Assembly: GCA_973895155.1 (NCBI GenBank) | Contig: OZ316892.1 | Coordinates: 15,554,861-15,618,860 of the forward strand | Reading direction: 5' to 3' | DNA length: 64,000 nucleotides | Origin: Marsupella aquatica | Taxonomy: Eukaryota > Plantae > Marchantiophyta | In this document: piece after piece, positions 37,419 through 51,660 of the stretch | Layout of the letters: every line of letters begins with the position of its first letter | Numbering within the stretch: position 1 is the first letter of the stretch | The notes under the pieces: model-generated | Told to the model about the DNA's origin: nothing | Databases searched by the model: none | The model's input: only the letters and a program-made list of their open reading frames with translations | Program-made: the position numbers and the translations under genes

Positions 37419-39260
37419 GTGGCCCAACAACCGTTTGATCTATATGCTAACTCGAACAGGGCACGTAAGCGCCAGTCGGATCTAAAGGAGACACGAGAAA
37501 ATAGAAAGGAGCCTGGGATTGCGGGAGATAGTGAGTTACCTCCAGGCCCGGCAGAGAGCTTGGGTAAGGAGAGCAATTCTGAACCTGCCAGAACCCCCGG
37601 AGTAGAACCTCCTTCTATACAACCTCAATTGGCTGAGCCAAGGGCTCCGGCTGTGCGTGAAACGGCGGGGGACCCGAAAGGACAGGAAGGTGAAGAGGCC
37701 TCGGACAAATGTATAAACATTTTAAAGGAGATTGCTGACAATACAAAAGGAGAATGGAGCTCTAAGCTGTTCACCACGGTGGACTGGAGTCTAGAGGAAG
37801 CGGCGTGTAATATAAAACAATTGTACAACTGTGCAATGTTGTGCTATTTTATTGACTGGACTTCGATGCTACCAACATTCCGGGCATGGGTGGAAGAATG
37901 GATGGTCGAGAGGCAAGATTGGCCGGTGCTGCGGGTGAAATTCGTAGGGAAAAGTTTCTATATGATTGTATTCGAAAAGGCGGAGCATCGGGACTTGGCT
38001 TTAGAGTTAGCACCTTGGTTCCTGGAGCGGAAACTAGTATTCACTTTTCCCTAGGACCCTTCATTCGATATAAGGTCTGCAAAATTTACCAAGCTGCCAG
38101 TGTGGATCGAGCTTCCTTTTCGAGCTCTGGTACTCGAAGGATGCAGGATAAAGATTGCAGAATCATTGGGAAAGCTATTACATTACATCCAAGGGGATGA
38201 TTATAGTTCCTATCCGCACGACAGGGCCTGCATTCTCTGGGATACTGAACGCAAAGTACCTCAAAGTGCATGAGTTAAGATAAGGGAGGATATAATCATT
38301 TGGCAACCCATTCTGTTCAAGAACATTCCTTTTCACTATTTTAAGTGTAACAAGAAAGGGCATCTGGCCCGGGAGTGCAGGGAGGGAAGGGATGTAGTGG
38401 CGGAGGCAGACCGGGATAATAAGGGGGAGGCAGTGGACAACACCCCTGAGGAGTTAGACGAGATAGCAGAAGGTGACCCGGAGGAGGTGTTAAGGAGGCA
38501 ATTAGCTATGAATCTTCGAGTTTGGAATGGAGTAGATATGGCTACTCCCAAGGAGGGCAATACGGTCACTGCAGACATAATTGCGGTGGAATCACTGATG
38601 CGAGAGGAAGTTGCTGCCCTCCCCGCTGCCATTAGCGGATCAGGGAATGACAAATTAAACAATACTGAAGGGGTCGACCGGGGAGAAGGGGACCCGCTAC
38701 TGCTGTCACCTGGTAGAGGTGGGGGGCATCGGAAATGCTTATGCCAGTGACACAACCACCCAGGGTGCTCGATGCTGGGGCACAAAGCTTTGGGCCTGTG
38801 GTGATTGTAGCCTCAGTAATCACCCAACGAGGGGGATGGTGCAGATCCTGAAGCTTATTCATATCATGGTGACACAAATGTTGATATGTCAGAATATGAA
38901 GAGTATGTATCCTGTAAAGGAAAGGAGCATGCCAGGAAGTTGGACAAGAGGACACCTCCAGCAACCAAGAAAGATTGTGCTCCTTAAGAAGCTAAAAAGC
39001 AACGCTCCCTCACTTTCTCACAACCGTTTGTGCCTAACGCAGGGATGGGCAAGCTGAAGGAACCCGGGGTGGAGCGAGATTGATTGACTATGGATATTGC
39101 TACCCCTGTGGGCACTGATGGTGGGGGCGCAATGGAGCTTGCTTCTCCATTAATGACCGTCATTCAGAGAGATGAGATGGGAGAAATTGATCTAGTCACA
39201 CCAAGGAGACGCAGAAGTGGTAGCGTGGGCTCGGGCACTTCATCGGGAGGCCGGATCTGA
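37419..39260 (+). pseudogene. L1 ORF1 (DUF4283-like plus decayed zinc knuckle)
   Basis: KFVGKSFYMIVFEKAEHRDLALELAPWF, LPVWIELP, FKCNKKGHLAREC; stops present. Confidence 0.75.
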
Positions 39261-39299
39261 TTGTAAGCTTGGAGGGATCAGGGGGAGATCGACATCATA

Positions 39300-42200
39300 A
39301 TGGGCAGTATGTTGAGAGCCGCCTCATGGAATGTGTGTGGGCTTTGTGAGCCCAACACAAAGAATGCGGTGAAAAATTGGATTGAATCTCGGAAGGAAAG
39401 GTTGGACATTTTAGCACTGCAAGAAATTAAAGCTGACCAGTTTAGGCTTGATATTGCGTTGAGAGTAATTATGCCTGCGTATCAGTGTGTCACTTCAATC
39501 CCCGAGGAGGGACGTGGAGGCACTTCCCTTCTGATACACCCTGCCATATATTAAAGTGGTAACTTCAGGCACAGTGGATCTCGGGCGAGCAGCATGGGCA
39601 TTAGTAGAGTTGGAAGAATGCAATTTTGGTGTAGTGAGCGTGTATGCTCCTAATTCCCCCATAAGGAGGGTTATTCTTTGGAATGAATTAAAGCTGCTGC
39701 TGCCCCAGGCAAACTGGATTGTTTGTGGGGACTTTAATATGACTGAGAGGCGGGTAGATTCTACTGGGAATTCTCCTTTTATCAGGGGCCGAGAAGCTAA
39801 GTTTTGGCGATTCTTTAAGGTGAGATTTAATTTGGTGGATGCAATACTTTTGAAGGGAGCAGCAAATGGGGCATGTTTCACTTGGCGCAGAAATAGGAAC
39901 GGGAGCATGGTCCAATCCCGGCTGGACAGGTTCTATTTCAGTGATAATGGAGACTGGATCGAACAGCTGCTGGAGCTTGAGCATGACGGTGGTTTGGCCC
40001 TCTCGGATCATGACCCTATTGTGATTTGTGTGCGATTGGTTGATGGTCTGCGGGGGGACTACCCTCGGAAAAGGATTAGACTCTTTAAGGCAAATCCGAC
40101 ACTATTGCTGATTGATGGTATAGTGGAGGCTTTGCAAGCGACATGGTATGAAGGAAAAGGGGACTGCTCTGAACCGATACTGGCTTTTGACAAGGCTAGC
40201 AGGAACTTGAGACGAGTGTACATGGTGAAGCAGGCTTTGCAAGAGGAAGAGATGCTACTATTGCGAAATCAGCTACGGGTGCTGAAGGTGGCGATTATGG
40301 AAGAGAGTTCAGAAAATGAACTGCAGGAGTACATTGAAATGGAAGACCTATTACACGCAGCGGAACTAGAGGAGGCACATAGAGTAAGACGGCTGGCAAG
40401 AATCAAGTGGCTAGGGGAGGGAGAGGAACCCTCTCGATTTTACTTCGCAATGGTAAAGGCAAAGCGGGAACGGGAGGCGATGAAGAACTTAATGTTAGAG
40501 GGAGGGACGGTGATCACAGATGCGGGGATGATAATGAGAGAAGTTGAAAAGGTGTGCATTGAACTGTATGCTCCCACTACTCAAGAGAGGGGAAATACTC
40601 TTAGGGAACGTAACAGACTGCTTGAGCACACTTGGGCTTCTTTATCCACTGTGGAGATTGCAAGGCTGGAGGGGCTGCCAAGTGCTAAGGAAATCCAAGA
40701 GGTGCTTTGGGTACTCCCAAAAGATAAAGCCCCTGGCCCGGATGGACTTTCGGTGGAGGTATACCAGGCATGTTGGGAATTCATGAAAGAGGATCTGGTC
40801 ACCATGGTACAAGAGTTCTGGCTGACTGGGAAGCTGGCAAGTGGGATCAAAGAGGGGACGATTAAGTTCATACCCGAGAAGCTTGATAAGAGAATGTTGA
40901 AGGATTGGAGACCTTTAACTATGCTGAACACCATATACAAGCTGATTGCTAAAATATTGGCACTTCGATTAATCAGGGTTCTGCCACAACTTATCAGCCC
41001 GCAGCAGACAGGCTTTATCCCCGGGAGAAATATTTTGGAAAACATTTTGCTGGCCTGGTTAACCTTTGACTGGCTGAAAAATAGGAAGCATGAGGCACTA
41101 TTTCTTAAGCTAGATTTTGAGAAGGCGTTCGATAGAGTAGATCATGATTACATATGGGAGATGATGCATCTGTTAGGCATAAGCAGCAATTTTATTAAAT
41201 TGGTAGAGGCACTGTTGATGAATTCAACGTCAAGGATTTACCTAAATGGGATGGTATCCACTGAGATTGAACTTAAAAGGGGAGTCAGACAGGGCTATCC
41301 CCTATCACCGCTCCTGTTTGTAATCTCCACGCAGCCGCTAATGGACTTCATGGATGCAGAACTAGCTATGGGTAGACTTGCAGGGATACAGGTTTCAGAG
41401 GCACTTACAATTTGTTATCGTTTCTTTGCGGATGATTTGGGGGTGTTTACGCCTGCCATGAAGAGGAATTTTCAACAGGTTACTGCAGTAATTGAGTGCT
41501 ATGAAGCTGCCACGGGGGCCCGACTCAACTTGAGGAAATCGATAATAATCCCGGTTGTTCTGGGGGACATACCGAGATGGCTCAGGGACACGGGATGTAT
41601 GATCAGTGGAAGGGGGGAGTTACAAAAATACCTTGGGGCTCCATTAGGCGTTGACTTGAAGACTGAGCAGCTGCACAGCTTTGTCTAGGACAAAATTGGA
41701 CAGAGACTATCCTCATGGGCTAACAAGCTTTTGACATTCACAGGACAATCGCTGCTGGTGCAACACATCCTACAGGCTATCCCGGTTTATCACTCCATGT
41801 TCCTCAAAGCATCCTCTGGATTGGCAAGGAAAATGATGGCGCTGTGTAGAGACTTCTTATGGGGATAATGCAGAGGGGGGCCAGTGGGTGCCATTGGTAT
41901 CTTGGGCCAGGCTGTCCCGCCCATAGACTGAGGGGGGGTTGGGGATTAAGGACTTTAGGAGTCACTCGGATGTGCTGCTGGCTAAATGGTTCACTGGATT
42001 GCTTGATCACCCTGAGTCAGAATGGGCTTGTATGTTTGCGGAAAATTTAAATCTGATCGGATGGACAAATTACAAAGTGGTAAGACAAAACAAATACTCT
42101 TTTTGGGACAAGATGTTGCTCTGCAGTCCGGGGGCACTCCATGGATTGGCTTACACGGGAGGACTCTGGAAGGCATGGGATTTGCTGCGGTCAAATCTGA

Positions 42201-43190
42201 TATTCTGTCCAACGAATAGGATACCGGGGAGGTGGTCGGTTGGGGATGTACTCCGGTGCCTGAAGGGCTTTCAGTCTTGGAGCAACGCGGATATGGCTGC
42301 TACCACGGTGAACTGTGGGAGACTGGGTATAAGATGTATACAAGACCTCTGGTCGGAGGACAGACAGGAGTGGCAAAGGATGGAAGGACGATGGGAGCAT
42401 CTAAGGGGACTCACACCTGAGCACCTGACTCTAGGCAGGAATTTTATGGAGGCCTTGTATGAAATTGCACATTGTGAGTGGAGATATGAACCAGGACCCG
42501 ATTGCTGGTGCTGGGCTGATAATTCTGCCCCTTTGAAGTGCTTCAAGCTCCCCAATCGGAGGGCTTACCACCTACTTCGACCTGTGCTGGGGGATGCGCC
42601 CAGTCTGGTACAGGTAAGACTGAGATGGAATGGAATGTGTGCTGGGCAGGTATGTGGGCGGCAAGCATGTCACTGCGGGCCAAGACCTTCATGTGGAGAG
42701 TAATAGCTTCGGGGCTGTTTACTGGGGTGAGGGCGGTTAAGATTGGTCAAGAAAGTGGGGATTGCAAGCTATGCCCGGGAATACTAGAGTCCATTCCGCA
42801 CTTTTTATGGATTGCCCACATGCATAGAAATGTTGGGCACTCTGTGCACAAGGCTTTGGGGGAATCTTTGTTGGATACGCGGGGGGATTGATTGGGCTGG
42901 TGGATTCTGCAATTGGAAGGCGCCACAACAAGACTGTTATGATGGTAGTGCTTTTTCAGATGTTGTGGGCTTTGTGGCTGGGGCGGAATGAGCACATGTT
43001 CCAGGTTGATGGGAGTAGGAAGTTAGACTTCAGATTCATACTGTCGGAAGCAGCGGATCATGTCTCTGCTGTTTTAATTACATTGCCAGTTTGTAACCGA
43101 AAAACTCGATTACTGAGGGCTAAGGAAATGATTAATAGGGAACGGATTGCATGGATGAGGCATAGGGATGTATGGATCACTTCAGGATAG
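39300..43190 (+). pseudogene. L1 ORF2: APE endonuclease, RT, zf-RVT
   Basis: SWNVCGL, LQEIK, VYAPN, GDFN, SRLDRFY, SDHDP, KAPGPDG, KLDFEKAFD, RQGYPLSP, FFADD, CKLC...ESIPH. Confidence 0.93.
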
Positions 43191-46100
43191 GACAATATGA
43201 TCTAGGGGAATTCTGGTGGGAAGATAGGATGACAGCAGTAGCTGCTTGCCTGGCTGTTTGGGGGGGCTGTTTGCATATGTGGCGCTTGTGACCCGCCTTG
43301 GGGTCTGGGCCATCTGGTCTGGGTTACTTTTTGGCTCTTTTTGCTGTTTTGTGCTCGGAATTATCTTTTGGTTCTGTCTGTGTCCTCTGCCACGGGGTTT
43401 TCGTGGCCACCATTTAAAAAAAATATATACAAAATGTTGTAAGGAATATGGTGAATGAGAACCGTGGTGACTTTTGAATTTATCAAGGAAGGCTCACCAA
43501 AGGTTGCATCTACATCCACATTGCAACCTACTACAAGGAAAAGCTAGAGGGAGAAGCCTACAACACAGGAATCTACTAGTCAAAGACCTGTGCCTTCCTA
43601 TGTTGGACAATAGTCAGGATGTTGGACTTGTGGTGGGGATCATGTACAAAGATATTGTTCGGATAATGAGAGGGGAGGTAATCCATTGGGTATCAATCAT
43701 TGATATCAGTGGCCCCTTTTTTTTAAAATCTCAGAGACCTCTCCGAGATGGCGACAATTTTTTTGGGCAACCTTGGTGGTACTTTGTTGGACCTCAAGGT
43801 AGGTACCATCAGTTGCCAATTAAGCATTCTGATAGATCCATGACCGCATTCTGGGGAATTGATTCTTATGGCAAAGATTATTTGTATCAGTGGTTGTTCT
43901 TACCATTTGGGTTGAAGAATGCACCAACTGAATATCAAAGAGTCATGGATCAAATTAATTCTTATAGGTTTGGATTTTGTGAGATGTTACATTGACGACA
44001 TTTTGGTCTATTCTTCTACTGTGGAAGAATATTAGAGGCACTTGCAGATTGTGTCGGAGAGATTGAGAGAACATGGGTTGAAACTCCATCCTGGCAAGTG
44101 TAAGTTCTTCCAAGACAAAATTGAGTATTTGGGCCACACTATCTACCCAGGAGGATTGGGTGCGCAAGAGACTAAGGTGAAGGCCATTACATAGATATCT
44201 TGTCCTATTGATGTGAGTAGAGTTTGTGCATTCTTGGGATTGGCTAGCTATTATAGGCAGTATGTTAAAGGATTTAGCCAGTTTGCTAAACCTTTAACCA
44301 TACTCACTAAGTTGGATCATGAATGGATTTGGGGTGACAACCAAGAACATGCTTTCCAAGAGTTGAAGGAAAGATTGGCGTCAACACCTATGTTGAGAAG
44401 ACTTGTTTTGGGACAACCATTTCAGCTAGACACTAATTGGAGTGGAGTAGGACTTGGAGCAGTGCTGACTCAGAAGGATGATGAGGGGAATGAGCTTGTT
44501 GTGGCATATGCTAGTAGATCAAATAATTCAGTAAAGGCTAAGTATAGCTCTTATGAGGGAGAGTGTTTGGCAGTAGTGTAAGTTGTGGCACACTTCCATT
44601 GCTATTTGTTTGGTAATCCGTTCACCTTGATCATCAGCCCCTCAAGTGGTTAATGGAGTCTAACAAGCTTACATGGAATTAAGCTTTCACGATGGGCATT
44701 GTTGTTACAAGAGTATGATTTTCACGTTGTACATAGGCTTGGTAAAATCAACTTGGATGCGAATGGGTTGAGCCATAATCCATGTACTAGTCAAGAGGAT
44801 GAGATTGGAGCTTGATTGCATGATGAGTCAGATAAGGAGAGTGTGTCAGGATGACAATGCATCTTCCTTTCTTTGTTGGGTTCCAACATGTAGTGCATTT
44901 GTGGACTCTACTTCATTGGATGGGGTAGACCTTGAGTCTTCAGATTTGAACATTTATTGATGAGGTAGTTTTTGGACAGCAAGATATTCACAATGATGAG
45001 AGGGTGTTGGAATATCTGGGTGGTGGCTCCATTGTCGGCAATTGTGATGCTAAGGAGCAAGATAGGGTTCTACAAAGAGCCAAGAATCAGATTCACGATT
45101 GGACCTTCACATTCTTGGTCCTTTGGACCCCTCCTTGTTTTTTTTGTTATGTATTTACCATGTTGCTTCTGTTTCTTTGAGTACGGGACCCCTAGTCAAG
45201 TTCTTTCAGATTACATTTTTTCCCAAAGGAGGTCGGATGTGTTGAATTTGGGCTGGGTAAGGGTTTTTGGGTTTACATGGGGAGCATGTGAATTAATTGA
45301 TTGGGTTGGATAGGGGAACCAAGGGTTGTAGTCACTTTTTGTGTACGTTGTCGAATATACCAGGTTTGTTTTTGGGTGATACATACCTCAATGGGATGGC
45401 AAGCATGTAGTGGATGTGCCCTCTTGCAACTTCCTTCTTCGCGTATACCATTTTGGGGTTTGTTCATGACTTTGTATTTTTTTGTATAATTGAACTATGG
45501 TTGTGGATGCATGCTTAATTTATTTATCTTACTCGGGATCTTACTACTGTAGTACCCTATCACGCCAAAAGTGGTGGGTCATCCTATTACAAAATCACTT
45601 TTGGAGGGAACATTCCATGACCATTGGATTTATAACCTCTTTTATCCCAACCTTTCATTAGTAAAAAAATAATCTCTTAACCCAAAGCATACAAGACAAA
45701 GTATTTTGATATGCACAAAGATTCTCTAAGAGGGGAATGATTGCATAAGCTCTATGTGAGTGCCATGTGTTGCCATTGGAATGGGGCACTTGGGACACCA
45801 TTATGAGGGGATAGGGACTAGGAGACATGGAGTCCAAAGTAGGGAGGGGAATTAATGATGCACCATGATGCCTAGCCAGGAATCACTAGGCCATGTAAAA
45901 TGGCAAAACCGAGTGGTATACACTAAAACCATTAGTATAAGGAGGAAAAACGAGAAAATGTAAACAATTAAGGGTATCCATGGAACCCAAGCCAAGGCCA
46001 AGAGTAATAGGCACAATGGCAACCAAGGGGCACGATTAGGGTTAGGGTACGCTAAGCACCGGTGGCTGCAAGTAATCAACAACCAAGTCAGGCAACGGCA

Positions 46101-46249
46101 AGCCGGAGGGGGGGAAGGAAGGTTCACCAAGGATGACGGCTCATTCGCAAATATTGATCGAGCAGATTGTAGGAGGAGAAGCCAACGACTGTTAGCTGCT
46201 TAGGTGAACACTGTGGGCGGAAGCAGATACCAAGCATCAACACAAGGTG

Positions 46250-49200
46250 GGAATGAGCAACATCAATCAAGCTGCACACATCTGGGGATGCCTGTTCGAA
46301 CGGGCAACTAAGTACATTGGAACATATGAGGACGAGAACGAGGAGAGAGTAGCCCAAGAACAACAAGAGCTTGCTTGGCTATGGGAATTGTAGAAGTTTG
46401 CCTTCCTAGGAGGAGAGCTCATCAAGGCTGAGTTCTTGTGGACACCTACTGCCAATCAACTCGATGATCTTTTGTTTCAAAAGAACAGAATCATTGACAT
46501 TCGAGAGGCCATCAACCACTGCAACAACAAACATTGGGACCTAAAAGGTTGCACGGAGGCATGGACAAAAGCAACAGTACTAGGGGAGTCGGCAAGAGCG
46601 GCCAAAATGAAAAGGAAGATTACCTACAACAAAGAAACCACCCCGGCCAAAAGAACAAGGTCAGAACTAGACTCTTGACTCTAGAATTTTTGGGCAAAGT
46701 GGGACGGCAGACGACATCTACACTGGACGGGCTTGCCGTAGTTGGGCAGTGGAGGTGGTCGGATAAACCTGAAACACTGAGGAAATTCACTTTACCAAAT
46801 GCCCGAACTTACCAGCTGCTCCGACCCAAAGGGTTTGATTACACAAGGCTTAACCGAATATGGCAAACGGCACTCTCGGAGTTGGAATGGAACAAAGTAT
46901 GGCTATCGATGTGGACCTCAGACCTACCATTGAAATCCTGCACATTTGTCTGGAGAGTTTTGGCTCAAGGCCTATTCACCGGTACCCGAGCTCTCAGAAT
47001 TGGGAAGAGTGACGGATTGTGCCTGATCTGCCCCTCAAAAATGGAATCCATCCCGCATTTCTTCTTCAAATGTCAATTTGCACATAGGTGCTGGAATCTA
47101 GTGCTGCAGTCTTTCCCTGGCAGTATAATTTGGCCTCCAGTAGAAGTCCTGCAACTGATTGACCAATTTAAAGGCCCCAGGTTCACACACACTGTGGTAG
47201 CATTTGTAGTATACCAGGTTCTGTGGGCTCTATGGACCGCCAGGAATGAGCATCTTTTTAATCCCCGGTCTAGTAGATCCTTCAATCTGAATCTAGTGCT
47301 TTCAGAAACGGAGGACCAAATACGGGGACTTTGCGAGTCCTTTGGCCCCAACCGCAAGCACTCGCGGCTGCTTCTTGCCAAGGACGCTGTGGCACTGGAG
47401 AGACGGCGGTGGATGGGCCGAAGGGACGCCTATGTAACCTGGCAATAGCATTAGCACTCATTTCCTACTTGTCTCTTAGCATGCCTGCATTATTGCTAGT
47501 AGACTACTGCCTGCCCCTAGTTAGGGTTACCTTTGGGCATGCCTGCCGGTATCTCCGCTCTAGTTATAGGATAATGCTCTTTTAGTCTCATAATTAGAAT
47601 TTTGCTAGATGTACTATGGCATTGTTGAGTGAGGCTGATGGTACTCTTGCTTTTTGGGCCCTTGGCATCTCTTGTACTGGCTGTTTTGGCCTCCCTTCCC
47701 GTGGGGTTTCGCGGGTTATACTGTTAAATTGCCATAAAAAGGTGGAAAAAGAAAAAGAAAAAAGAACAAGGTCAGCGGCATCTAGAAAGTTGGCCAAGCA
47801 AGGAAGACAGAGGCAGGAGGAAGCCAAGGAACTAGAGGTCGACCCAGTCAATGCCATGCCTACCAGAGATGATACATGGAAGGGTTGGGCGACGGTCATA
47901 CTACAGGCAGTGCAGTTACATTTTGCACGGGAGGAGAATGCATGTTTTACAGCCATGCAGTCTAGAAAGTACCAAGGCTTCATGGCCCGATCGGGCTTGG
48001 AGACCTTTGTTAGATTATCGTGGCTGAAACCGGAGGTGTCAAAATCAAACTTGTTGGAATTCGTGGGATCATGGGATCACAAGTTGAATGCAACCAAGGT
48101 CTATGGGAGGGAATTCTATCTCACTCCCAAGGCTTGCCAATAGGCAACAAGACCAAGGTAGACACCCAAAAGAACTTGTCGGACAAGGAGTTTAGATGGT
48201 TCCATCATCAAAGAATGGCTTCTTTCGGAACACTTGCACCAACCCGCACATTGGAGAAATGATTGATTTCTTGCGGGTGACAATGCATTTCAACCTGACA
48301 AGGTCAGAGATTGGCAAGGCATAGGTCTACTTGGCAAAGAGGCCAGACCCAAGCCAGGACTACAATGGGTACCTCCTCACCCAACTGAAGAAAATCTTGA
48401 AAGAGGAACAACAAGTGATAGGCCAGGGGAGCATGTCCCGACTTGGTTATCAAATGCCGTTGTTGTGCCGGTATGCTCGAAGTCAAACCTTTGCACCAGT
48501 ACTCCCCCTGCAGGCAAGGGCACCAAAAGAGGAGTTGGGGCCGAGGCCGGCAGCAAGAAAGCCCAAACCGCCCGGCAACCCCACAATAGCGCAAATCTTT
48601 AGGCCGACGTCGGAACCCATGCCGATGCAGCAACTAGCTATGTAGAGCCTCTTGTAGATGCTGCAGAAGGAGAAGCTTGCAATTGCGGCACATGCATAAG
48701 TACAGGGCATTGTTGGGGAGGGAGACACCACAAGACCGACCAGAGCAGATCCCTTTGACATGGCCGTAGAGAGAAGGAGGCCGAAAAGTGAGTCGGGGAT
48801 GCGGATATACGTGGGAGCCTCGAGTCCAAAACCCAAGGGACAAGGGCCCAAGGTTCCCAGTCATGAGGAGGAGAGGGAAAGGCAGGTGTGGGAGCCGAAG
48901 CAAAGACCAGCACCCATGCACAGTCTTCGGCAGGATGTCGCATTTGCGGCTAGTCCAAGAGAGGACCCATAGGGACTAGTACTCCAGGCCGGAAGGGAGG
49001 GCGTGGAGGAATACAACGATGATGACTTCGACTACGGGTTGGATTGTTCTGTACCAAGGATGCGGACCTGTGGCCACTTCATCCCCATACTTTCAAGAGT
49101 GGTTTGTGAGGACCCAACATAGTAGAGAAGCCTAGAGTCTCCCCCACTAGACGTCCCTCCTCCGAATTATAATGGGAGAAAACAGGCCAACCGAGAGTTG

Positions 49201-51070
49201 CAGGAGCAACTCAGAGATCTGAAGAGGGCAACCTTGACCAAGGAGAAGAATTTACCAGGCGGAGGATGGCCAAAGGACATTCAGCGGCTTGTAGAAGACC
49301 AAGTCGGGGCCCCTACCCACGTTTGACGAGATTCAAAAGGCGCCGTAGGAACAAAGACTGCGTTGGGATATGTCGGTGTCATGATAATTCACTTATTCAT
49401 GATGAAATCACTACCACTAAGTATATTATTAAGTATATAGGTTAGATTTATATTTTGTTACGGGATAACTAAATAGTTTGACTATTACTTATGTGCATGC
49501 AAGGTAAGCAACTATGCAAACCACAAGATGCATGCACAAATTATTTGGATGCATGTGTAAATTGTTTTATTTGCATGCAATAGTTATTTTTGCACATGCA
49601 AGGTAAGCAAATGTGCAAGCCACAAGATGCATGCATGCACAATTATTTTAGATGCATGCATTAGTTATTTTACTTGTATGCATTATTTGTTTTGATTGCA
49701 ATAATATTAGCACACATTTCTACGTTGGATGTGTGCCACTTGGCTTTCATCCAAGCATTTGGGTGTAATCCATGCCCTCTTGGATTCAATATAAATAAAG
49801 TGGTGAGGGACACTCTCTCCGCATTCTCATATTTTGATAATTTCTGCATCAAAGTGATTCTTTTTTCTTTTCTCATCTTTTTTCTATTCTTTGCCTTATG
49901 TACATAGTAGTTGGGCATGATTTGGCTCAGATAACAAAAGAATGAGTGATAGACTTATAGATGGGATCTTAGGGAACAAGGTCTCTTTAAAAACTTAGGG
50001 GTGGGGCATCCTTTGGCTCGAATAGCAAAGGAATAAAAGAGTCATTATGAACCCAGGAGGGAAAGATATCCCTAATCTTCCCCTTCGTAACCCATTTTTG
50101 GTTAGAGTCCATTTTTTAGACAAGCCATCCATGAGACAATATTTAACTTATCACTTTGAAGCTCAATTTACAACTGCTATTATGAGTTCTAATGAGCCAA
50201 TAGTATACCAGGTAATGTCTTACCAAGAGGAGTGAGAGTGCATTATCTTTGTCCTTTATTGAAGTCATGAATCTAAATAGGAGTCCAAATGACATTCCTA
50301 TTTTATTTTTTCTTGGAGATATTAGAATCATATGTCTATACTTGCGGATCATCTTAAAGATGCGGAATCGACACACATAATGATCTGCAATAGGGCCATG
50401 GCAAAGGCGCAAAGGAAGGAGAGGGCACTAAAGGGGGAGCTCAAAGATCTCCGCAAGGCCTTCTAATAGAAGAAGGCCAAATTAGATGAGACCTACATGG
50501 GCATCGATAAGTTGAAGGAGGACCTTGGAACCCTATCGGCCAACTTTCAAGCCGACCTACGTAGGAAGGACAACATGATCAATCAAACCTATGAGAAGAT
50601 GAATAAGATGGAGTTTGATGTCGTCCATGAGCTCAACGCAGAGTTGAGAGCAACCCAGGAGGAGAGGGTGGCCTTATGGAAGGAGTTGGACAAAAACCAG
50701 AAGGAGTTGGAGGAAGCCACGCGCAAACTGGCGAACAACCAAATAGAGCGACTAAAGAAACTAGTCAAGGAGTTAAATCGGTAGGCTAGAACAAGTGGAA
50801 CCCCGGTGGTGGCAACAGGGTACAGGATTGTAGGGCGTGGTACTGGTCAAACGACAAACTGAGGCACCCTTACCGGTGCCAGAAGTAAGTAGCAAGTGGA
50901 AGGCACCAGCTGCCTGGGAAGGGAAAGAGAAGAATAAACGGAAACCTTCCGGATCAGGGAGCAACATGGTTCCTCAGCCTACCGTGACTGTGGTAGAGAG
51001 CATGGCACCGGCCTTATGCAAAATAGTGGCAGTCAAGGTGGCACTCTTGGAGGTAGGCCAAGAAGACTAG
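46250..51070 (+). pseudogene. Decayed accessory ORF homologous to 32671-35251
   Basis: Frame restored across the LINE 4 TSD (...PAKRTRS|AASRK...). Core SGLETFVRLSW...EFVGSWD...TKVYGREFYLT; coiled coil at 50497-50784. Confidence 0.55.
46665..47759 (+). mobile_element. L1-clade LINE 4, 5'-truncated, same family as LINE 1, 16-bp TSD
   Basis: AAAAGAACAAGGTCAG at 46649-46664 and 47760-47775; GQWRWSDKPE.LR.FTLPNAR shared with LINE 1. Confidence 0.92.
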
Positions 51071-51660
51071 CTAGGTACGGTGAGGCCATGACGGGCACTG
51101 ACTCAAGGTTGCCAATCATTGATCGACAGCAACCGCAACGTTGGGGAAGACAAGACAACCCACCTCGTACGACAAGCCTATGAGGAGGACCACTATGGCA
51201 AGGAGGCAGATGTTGGATTGCCAACACCAAGGCCGCAAGAGCAAACCTACCACTATTAGAAGCCGGGGAAGCAGAAGCTGGGGAAGCACAGGCAGAGACA
51301 AGAGTGGGACCCGATCACGTTGAGGACGGGTTGACCCAATCGGGAGCGGGTAACCTATCAGAGGACAAACCTGGGACATTGGCTGCCAAGGAAGGATTGG
51401 GGGCGTCCATTGAGGGCCAACCACTAGTGTCATGATGGTGGAGGAGGGCCATCCCATTTAGGGAGGACGAATGTGGAGGTAGGAGGCGTGAGTGGGCAGA
51501 GCGGGCGCGAACCTCCAAATTTAGGATTAGGGTCAGGGCCAGAGGCGGCCCTGACACTTAGATTAGTGGGATTGCGGATCCACTAGTAAGAGCAACACTT
51601 ATGCTCGTGCCCCGCTGTACATAAGTAGGTTACACTTAGAGGTAGATTTGGCTTACACAA

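Larger units (their letters stand above)
32199..43444 (+). mobile_element. L1-clade LINE 3, apparently full length, 16-bp TSD
   Basis: AATATGGTGAATGAGA at 32183-32198 and 43445-43460; long 5' region, ORF1, ORF2 and A-rich tail. Interrupted 5 bp from its 5' end by 32204-36147. Confidence 0.92.
25194..45085 (+). mobile_element. Ty3/Gypsy element B, decayed sister of A: LTR 25194-~25412; gag pieces ~26470-26545, 31417-32198, 43461-43670; RT/RH ~43787-45085; PR-DNMT segment absent
   Basis: Homologous LTR and gag (HHQVVAPLLW, DLDDFIQ.FDTWCDM). RT/RH protein very similar to A (AFWGIDSYGKD, WSGVGLGAVLTQKDDEGNE). The pieces rejoin across LINE TSDs. Confidence 0.88.

Noticed and set aside
49370-50380. 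AT-rich insert with atgcatgc repeats interrupting the accessory ORF
   Set aside because: Probably a nested insertion, but no TSD or reliable termini could be defined, so it was not classified.
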